A stretch of 64,000 nucleotides of DNA from Torpedo marmorata (taxonomy: Eukaryota), in contig OZ360242.1 of NCBI GenBank assembly GCA_977017645.1, positions 55,428,001-55,492,000 on the forward strand, read 5' to 3'. The position numbers were made by a program, and so were the translations under genes. A model generated the notes under the pieces. The model saw only the letters and a list, made by a program, of their open reading frames with translations. It was not told the origin of the DNA and did not search any database. Each line of letters opens with the position of its first letter. Within the stretch, counting starts at the first letter, position 1. Of the stretch, positions 1 to 64,000 are shown piece after piece.

Positions 1-1214
1 GGCACGTAATACTTTAGATGTGACCTAACCGATGTTTTTAAAGCTGTAATATGCTGTCCTGGCTATTGTACTCTCCTTTTTGTATGAGCACTTCCTTTGA
101 AGGTTCCTTCCAACAGCTTGGTTCAAAGAACATGTTCCTTTTTCCCTTTCTTTTTTTCCCCTGATCCTATTTGATGAACTCTTGGCATTGCTACCATAGC
201 CTGGGTGAATCAGGAACAAAACTAGTAGTTGTCTTAACAATACAACTGGAGTGCTAATTTGAGTAAACTTGCTAAATTATCAGTGAACTGGAGTTCAAGT
301 CTGTAATCTATACAAATTAGTACCCATTTAGTATAATCTATCTGCTACTGTAATCTTAATTGCTATTATTTTATTGTGTAGTTAGTGCTGGGATTTATAA
401 TCGCTGGGCATAAAAGCAAAAATCTTCTTGGCGTAAATCAGCCAGGTTTTAAATGAGCAAGTGCAGTGGAAAATGAAGTCATACTCATGCAAGTTGGTGT
501 CTGGCTAAATTGAATGCTCTAATTTCCTGGAAAACTTACAAGCAAGTTTGTTCTATCAAAGTTTATTTTATTACCAATACATTTTACCTTTGCTGTTTGC
601 CAGATGTTCGCAGCCTGCCGTGGCCTTTCCTTGGATGGACCATAGCCATGTGATTGCCAGCACCTGGTTTTGAATTTTATACCGGATGTTGTAGATCCTT
701 TGTAGCTACCAGAACCTTGTTTTCATTGTGTACTTTCCAGCACTGAAGAGCTTGTTCAGCGTTCAGCAAAATTACTTGTGAATATCTTAACTGCTGGAAA
801 ACCATCCTGTTGTCAAAAATATCCAAATTTGGACTACTTTTGTATCAGTCCCAGAATTCAGCATTCTAGAAGAAACATGCTTTTGTCTACAAGTCCGAGT
901 CAATGCTCCAGGAAGCGGCTTGAGGAGAATACAGATAAAGCAGGTCACAAAATTTCTTTGTCCCTGTGTTCTAGAACCTATAATTGGTGAATTATGGGAT
1001 CTTTAGCATGGGTTGTAGTTGTTAAAAGAATATCTACTGATACATTGCGAGCCAATAATTTTTTTAAACCTTGGCTGAAAAATTCATGATGCAATAATAA
1101 AAAAAAATAATAGTGCTTTTGAGTCTTGTAAATGCAAATTTAAATAATTGAAAGAAACATTAAGGGAACTTGAAAGCAAATTCTTTTACTTTTCACTGGA
1201 TCTGGATCTTGCTT

Positions 1215-1528
1215 TTTAAAAAAAAAAAATATTTTATTTAAAATTTTAAATCACTCAATAATACATATAAAATGCAAAATTATCAAAATACATGTGATAC
1301 ATTTTCACCCTCCCTCCCACCCCTACTATTCTAATAAAATAGAAAAGAAGAAAGAAAGAAAAAAATAATAAAATAAAGTAAAGAGAATGTCAATCTTTAA
1401 AAAAAAGAACAATTATAAACTCATTTTATTGTGGAACACAGGTTCGCCAGTCAGACCCGATCACAAGAGATCTTCAAATCTTTAAACCTACAGTTTTTAT
1501 ATATGGGCTCCAAACCTTTAAAAAGAAT
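1215..1528 (-). mobile_element. 5'-truncated L1-clade LINE (3' end only) with 16-bp TSD
   Basis: Direct repeat gatctggatcttgctt at 1199-1214 and 1529-1544. The 3'UTR motif atacatgtgatacattttcaccc is shared with the L1 copies at ~35390 and ~49570. Confidence 0.85.
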
Positions 1529-1904
1529 GATCTGGATCTTGCTTAATATTGCTTTAATTTGTTTTTGCTAAAACATCCTCTACTAATAAATTTATTGGTT
1601 GGCTACTGGTCCTGGTTGTTTGAACCAAGGAGAAGAACCAATTGGATGAACAGCACGAGAGGGTGGATCAAAAGATTGCCTCTTAACACTAAATTTTGAA
1701 TTTACCTTCCTAAAACTAAGGTTTTGGAACATAAGATTAATCCTGATTTCTTCAGTACAACTGTTGAATAAATGAAATGCAGAAATTTTAGAGGCCAGAA
1801 TAAAAATCAGTAAAGTTATGGAGATGAAAAACTGTTAGCTTTTGCATCCTAGCCAGCAGTAGGTTCTTTCACCAAGATTGTTATCTGTTCCATGTGTTTT
1901 TTTC

Positions 1905-2465
1905 ATATGTGAATAGGGTGGTGCTGAAGAAGGCATGTAGGATGCTTGCTTTCATTGATTGCATAGAATACAAGAACGTGGACATGATTTTACAACTATA
2001 TGAAACATTGTTTAGGCTGCACCTGAAGTGTTGTGTTCAGTTCTGGTTGCCACTCTAAAGGAAGAGTGTCATTGCCCTCAAGGTTTAGAAATGTGTTATC
2101 CCAGGATATCCACTGGTTTGGAATGTATTGGTTATAAGGCGAGATTGATGGGCGATGTTTGTTTTTCTGGGGCAGAGGAGATTGAGGGATGACCTGATGG
2201 AGAAATTGGAAATTGTGAGAGAGATAGAATCTTTTCCTCATGGTGTGGTGTCTAAAACAAGATGGCCTAGTTGTGATGTGGGAGGTTTAAAGGGGATCTG
2301 AAAGGTCTTTTTTGGGATTTGCAACATGTTGCCTGAGGTGATTTAAGTAACATCTAGAGAAGCAATCGAATCACCAAGGGATAAAATGCTAGAGACCAAA
2401 TGCAGGTGAATGGGATGAGCATAGATGAGTTAAATGAGGAACTTGAAGGGCTTGTTTGTACTGTG
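1905..2465 (+). mobile_element. Degraded CR1-type LINE 3' fragment
   Basis: Decayed similarity to the RT C-terminus and 3'UTR of the young CR1 at 19255-21152 (tgtgttcagttctgg, ttgagggatgacctgat). Boundaries approximate. Confidence 0.65.
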
Positions 2466-2534
2466 GCTCATTTTTTAAAATAAAGACACGTATGATATTT
2501 TTGAATAGATCATTTTTAACATGTATTGTGCTGT

Positions 2535-2945
2535 GAACATTAGGGGTAAGGCCAGCATTTTTTTGTTTTGCTTAATTGCTCGAAGTCCTTCTTGTGAAGG
2601 TGCTGCCAGTGTTTTGTAGAAAGTTCAAGAATCGGGTGCCAGTAATGATGGAATGCAATATTTTCTCAGGCAAGCATTTAGTGTGACTTGGGATGGAACT
2701 TGCAGGTGATGATGTTCTCTGGGTCTCCTGCCCTTGTCCTTCAGTATGATGGAGGTAGGAGTTTTGAATGTTGCTTTTTCACATGCATTGGTGAGGTTCT
2801 ACAGTAAATTTTATGGATGCTGTATAGTGACGGAGGTCAGATGATGCCAATAATTCTTTGCCCTGCATGCCAACTGCTGCGTAGCAACAATCATTTGGGC
2901 AAGTGGAAAATATACCAGTCCTGATGTGCTTTGTAGTTTTGATTC
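2535..2945 (-). mobile_element. Old CR1/L2-type LINE 3' remnant; related copies at ~19130-19255/21155-21360, 35700-35930, 42280-42720
   Basis: The recurring motif gccagcattt..aattg..gaagg..ggaacttgcaggtgatg appears in several introns. Boundaries approximate. Confidence 0.5.
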
Positions 2946-3065
2946 TCACCACCACCCCCTTCTCTTCTCTCCCCCCCCCCCTTCAATAGGAATAATGTTT
3001 TTTTTATCAACAGGAAATAACTGCCATTAAATTCTCCAGTTTTTTTTTTAAATTATTTTTTTTAA

Positions 3066-3168
3066 AATTTAGACATACAATTTAGACATACAACAGGCCA
3101 TTTTGTGCTGCCCAATTTACACCCCATTAACCTACACCCCCGGTACATTTTTGAACAGTGAGAGGAAG
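3066..3168 (-). mobile_element. Truncated HE1/V-SINE 3' part
   Basis: Matches the 3' half of the SINE at 31637-31854 (agacataca..aggcc..gctgcccaatt..acctac..gtacatttt). Confidence 0.75.
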
Positions 3169-3329
3169 TAACTCCCTCTGTTCTTGGCTAGAAATCTGCC
3201 AACTATATTTGGGGTTTTGTTAATGCTTCTAGACTTTTGAGAACTTGAAGTTATTCTCCAGCTTGATGGTAATAATGAGGCACGGGGTTAAAGATTCCCA
3301 TGAAATAACATTTTGACAGCTGATGACCA

Positions 3330-3780
3330 AGACATTTTTGAGTTGGTGGTCAGAATGGTGGTGATGTCTCAGATGAGGATGCTGAGAAAGAAAACACAAC
3401 CTTATCCTCTCTTTCTTCTTTTGGTGATGGACATTGAAGTTTTTCTTGCCCTCAGCCCAGAATACATCCTCTCCCTTTTCTAACTTCAAGGTCCCCTTTG
3501 AGCAGTGCTCAATGTGGAGAACTGATTCATCAGGAAAGTGCCAAATGTTAATAAATGTCAAATGCCTTGGGCTCTGGAGTCGCTCCTTTAACTGCTCCTT
3601 CCCAACGAATCCTTTGTGCCGCTTACTCTACAGGGTCAGTCTTGATATAGGGATCTGACATTCTTCAGGATAATGAGAAGTTTGACAGGCATGTTGGGTT
3701 TTTGCTTAAGCAACAAGTGAGAAACTGAAGTGACTCAGTGGGAGGAGTCCTTCCAGCTTCTCATTGTTGATTCCAGTTTT
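3330..3780 (-). mobile_element. Degraded LINE AP-endonuclease fragment
   Basis: ORF 3229..3561 peptide DESVLHIEH..VFW..NFNVHHQ resembles the GDFNVHH motif of LINE APE domains. Confidence 0.55.
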
Positions 3781-5038
3781 TACAGTTCTTGTGTTTTCTC
3801 TTGGGCTATTGCTTTACTTGTGCACCACCACCAAAGTAGAATATGATGGGATTATAGAGTGTATTACGCCAGATGGTGTTAAGTATTACTGGTAGTTCTG
3901 ATCAAAGCAATTGACACTTAGCTGTTGAAATATAACCCTAGAAGTGCGTTGTGAAAATACTCGAGGATTTATGACTGATATGGAACAAGGTGTTCCTTGG
4001 ATGAAAAACAGGATCTGGGATCCCTTTGATTTCATTGGGGGTGTAGAGCTACAGCTTGAGAGGCAAAGATAGTTTTGAATATCCTCACCTTTGTGTATTT
4101 TCATTTTTAAAGAAAGCATCCGACGAGAATTGCACAGTCTCAACAATGCATTTTTCATTTCGTGAAACTTACTGCTCTGTTTCCTCTAACTGCAACTTTT
4201 GATTTGTGCTTTGGAAATGAGCTGGTTGTGTTGGTGCGTAATTTTATTTTTTTTCCCTGAAGGTCATTGTTGCAGGTGAAAGAGAAAAATGAGGGGGAAT
4301 GCTGGAAATCGCAAATATAAATAGAGCTGGGAATATAAAATACTGGCAGCACTTGTGAAAGGCAAAAGTTATTATTTTCTACCAGAGGGTGTTTGATCTG
4401 ACACATGAACTCTGTTTCTTTGCCCAGACACTGCCTGACCTGCTAAATGTTTCTATCATTTACTGCTTTTGTTAAAGAAAACTGCTTCAGCATTTGTCAA
4501 TCTATTGTAAAGATCAGGTCTCAGTCTGCTAATGAGGTCCCAATAGTTAGCAAGAAGTTGAGCAAATTAAGTTCTTACGATTATGGAGAAGCACTTTGTA
4601 GCCATTCCAGTAGGGCTGCTGCTATCTTCCTTCCATTACTTGTCACCCAACAATCAAACTCTCACAATCTTGCACTGAACTCTCTTAATTCAGATGAAGA
4701 ATAGTCCTAAAAAAATGCAGTAATGCTATTATTAATTGGCTACCTTTTATTCTACTTGTTTGAACATGATTATCCTCTTAATTTTACAAAGTGGCTTATT
4801 CAAAAAAAATGAGCTCAATATTTTGATTTGCCGCTGCTATATTTTCTGTTGTCTTTTAAGTCAGTTCAACAGTATTTTGTGCCTCTGTAATGCCTGACTG
4901 TTGTTAATGTGGTCGTTATAATTGTACACTGTGTCCACTAAATTTTTTGGTAAGAGCCTGGCATGATTACATTTTATAGGTCTGATGGAATTCATAAGAT
5001 GTTCAAAATATGTATGCAGACATGTTTATAGCCATTAG

Positions 5039-61036
<55,998 letters not shown>

Positions 61037-61729
61037 TAGCAATAGAATTTTTTTTTCTCTCACCTTTTGAGGAAATGGGTTAATTGGAGGCCTAAAATGT
61101 ACTAAATTCCAAAATTCTGATTGAAAATAGCCATGTTCTCTATACATGTTTGTAAAATATTTCTAGACAGCAGTCAGGGTTATCTTCTGTGGAAGTTTTA
61201 CATACATGACCTTTTTTGCAGAAGACTGGCCCATTTCAGATTCTCTTCAGTTAATGGGTAAGCTCTTGCAAGACTGAAGATGGATGGAAAATTGTACATG
61301 TGACCTACATGTTTGCATCAGAATCTGAATATTGAAAGTAACAGCAAAACTCTGAAGTGCTGTACTTGCCAAATGAGATCCCAAACTGGAATGTTGTGGA
61401 TTGGGTTTTCCTTACTGAAAACTATTCTTATGGCTTAATAAAACCCAAGTTATTTTGGGCATATTTTTATAACTAAACATTCTACAGCAAGGTAGCATGG
61501 ACTTCTTTTCCCTAGTTGATTTTTAAATCCAGTTACAAAGCTAGTTTAACAATTTTGAGTATTGTTTTGCAAGGTGTTGCAGATAAATTTGAAATGTAAA
61601 CCGTCATCACTGCGAACAATACACTATTCAGTCACATTAGTGCATTTTTCTGTTCACTTTTCTTCTATGGGGTCCCTAACTATGTGATGTGTCCCACCTG
61701 CTGTCTATTTTCTCTTCTGAAATTTTTCT

Positions 61730-62310
61730 TTTTAAAATACTTTTATCGAGTTTAACATATCTTACATAATTGTAATGAACAGATAACAAATCTTTTCATA
61801 TACATGTAAAATAACATATTGGAACGACAGAACTATTTTCATATAAACCTAAGTTAAGTTCTGTTTATTTTGAAATAAACACTAACAGACATAGTCAAAC
61901 CCATTTCTTCTTTACTCAACAAAGAGTTTAAAAAAAATATATATAAAAAGAAAAAAAGTCCAACAAAAAAATCAAAACTAACCTATTTCTAAACTAATTC
62001 TAATCTAACCCCTTCCTCTAATCAAAGTTGCCATTGAAAATAAAAAGGGTACAATTATTGATCAAATAGCAACCTCCAGACACCAGACAGAGAATCCTCG
62101 GAGCATCCTAACTTCTTAAACCTGCTAAATCTTCCAATCGTGATAGAATCAGAATTTATTGTCATGAACAAGTCATGAAATTTGGTTTTTTCATGAATGG
62201 GCCCCAAATCCTATCAAACTGAAAGTTTTGTGTAACCAAACTGAAATGTATGTATTTGCATGGATGTTTGTGTCTGCTCCTCCAAACTATGATTTCTGCT
62301 GTAATGTTAT
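61730..62310 (-). mobile_element. L1-like 3' end remnant containing a ~45-bp Rex-tail insertion (62145-62190)
   Basis: Peptide NFQFDRIWGPFM followed by an A/T-rich 3'UTR; agaatcagaatttattgtcatgaacaagtcatgaaat matches 5578-5612. Confidence 0.55.
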
Positions 62311-63179
62311 TTTCGTTTACTTCCTTTGGTTTCCCCCCCCCCCCAACCCCTTTCCTTCTAGTTCTGTCACCCTTTTTCATCTTTCACTACAAAACCATCA
62401 ATCTGCACCCCACACTTGGCCTTCCCTCTTGCCACAATGCAAGCTGTCAAATTTTTGGTGTCTTCTAAAAGCTGCACAGAGACTTGATGCTGCTGTTTTA
62501 CAAGCAGCATCTCCTGCTCTCCATCTTCCTTTCTGCTGATATCCCACCTGGGTGAAATCTAGGTGACGATAAACATTACTTCCAGGATCCTTGGGTGAGC
62601 ATGTTAGTAATGATCATGCCATAGAGGGATATTACGCATTTTTTGGTGGAGAGGGGGTGCAAGTATAAAATACAAGTGCAGAGAATTACTCTTGGAGTAA
62701 TTTCCACATTGTCAGAGGCAGAGCAATTGAAAAGGTTAAGGTCCATTTCAGTTGATTAGCCAAGACAATGGAAATTAGAACTCTATAAAACATTGCGCAT
62801 TGCTTTTTCAGTTCTGGTCATTGCATTCCAGTAATGAAGTAACAGCACAAAAGAGAGGGTTGATCAGGAAAGGCCAATATTGCAGTGTTTTGGCTAATGG
62901 TGGGTTGGCTAGGCTGGGGTTAGTTTCTTTGGAAGAGATTTAGTTGTTGGAATGTTAAATTGAGATACCCACATACAATAGATAAAGGTAAGGTGGATAA
63001 GAAGGTCTTAGTCATAATACAGCATAGAAAAAGACCCAGCATATCCATGCCAACCATCAGATACCCATCTCTACCCTTGTGTATATACAGTTTGTTGATT
63101 CAAGTGCTTGTCTTTTTAAATATCGCGAGAGTACCTGTCTTCCACCATCTCTATCGGTGCATTCCAGATTGCAGCATCC

Positions 63180-63440
63180 ACTTTTGCTGTTGCTCTCCAA
63201 CGGCAGCATTCCGTGTAGATTTTCTTGATGGTGGGGAGAGTTTTGCCTATGATGTGTCCACAACTTTTGCAGGGCTTTCTGCTTAGAGGTATTAGTGCCC
63301 CTATACCAGGCCGTGGTGCAGTCAGTCAGCACACTTTCCACTAGACATCTGTAGACGTTTGCCAGGGTTTCTGATGTCATACCAAACCTCCGCAAACTCC
63401 TGAGGAAGTAGAGGCACTGACGTGCATTCTTCATGATGAC
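63180..63440 (-). mobile_element. Rex1/Babar-type LINE fragment
   Basis: Encodes KNARQCLYFLRSLRRFGMTSETLANVYRCLVESVLTDCTTAWY. Confidence 0.8.
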
Positions 63441-63870
63441 ATTCGTATATTGGGTCCACTCTAACTCTCTTGGTCTTCACCTTTAAACCTATGCCCTCTG
63501 ATTTAAAACTTCTGCTTACAGTGTAAAGATTCTCCCTATCCATCCTATTTTTGCCCTTCATACTAGAAACAGAAACGCTCCATCCCAGGCAACATCCTGG
63601 TGGATCTCCTCTGCACAATCACCAGAGCAATCAAGTCCATCCTCATCTGTGGTGACCAGAAATGCACACAATATTCCAGAGATTCAAAGATGTGCTGTGA
63701 CCTTTATATGCTTTGTCCTAGCTGATGAAGGCCAGTATCTCATACACCTGCTTCAACATGTTATCTACTTATGCTGCGATGTTTAGGGATCCTTAGATTT
63801 GTAAACCCAAGGTCCCTTGTTTGTCGAAACTTGCTGAAGTCTTACCGTTCATGTTTTATATCCTACACAT

Positions 63871-63985
63871 ACCTTGAGGAAGGGCTCAGCCAGAAAAGTC
63901 AGTCATATATCTTTACCTCCTGAAGTAAATCACGAATATCTGTAGACACCGTGGTTGAAGTAAAAACACAAAATGCTGGAGAGCA
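63871..63985. mobile_element. Penelope-derived pLTR fragments (head-to-head) with degenerate hammerhead-like core
   Basis: ccttgaggaagggctcagccagaaaagtc followed by the inverse of the 44060-44120 arm. Confidence 0.6.
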
Positions 63986-64000
63986 AGACTCCTCAACTCT

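Overview
Eukaryotic (vertebrate) genomic DNA. The repeat content (HE1/V-SINEs, shark-type CR1, Rex/Babar and Penelope elements) suggests a cartilaginous fish, probably a ray, but this is an inference. The whole window lies inside one + strand gene, USP7/HAUSP (ubiquitin carboxyl-terminal hydrolase 7). Coding exons 2-30 (29 exons, 5064..61031) were traced by hand. All have GT-AG boundaries, they splice into one open frame, and their lengths match the human exon lengths as I recall them. The TRAF/MATH domain, the catalytic triad and UBL1-5 are intact. Exon 1 and the last exon lie outside the window. The introns are packed with transposable elements. The most notable are: (1) a 5S rRNA-headed SINE whose tail resembles a Rex/Babar LINE tail (2 copies); (2) two TSD-bounded, 5'-inverted (twin-priming-like) L1 insertions whose inverted segments reach almost the same L1 position; (3) L1 insertions ending in T-runs rather than poly(A), one lying just upstream of the exon 29 acceptor; (4) Penelope-derived palindromes with hammerhead-ribozyme-like cores; (5) Tc2/Tigger-type MITEs with long internal fold-backs and shared or swapped interiors; (6) solo LTRs close to splice donors; (7) a Chapaev3 deletion derivative. 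There are no prokaryotic features or CRISPR arrays. Most short ORFs in the supplied track are spurious or TE fragments.
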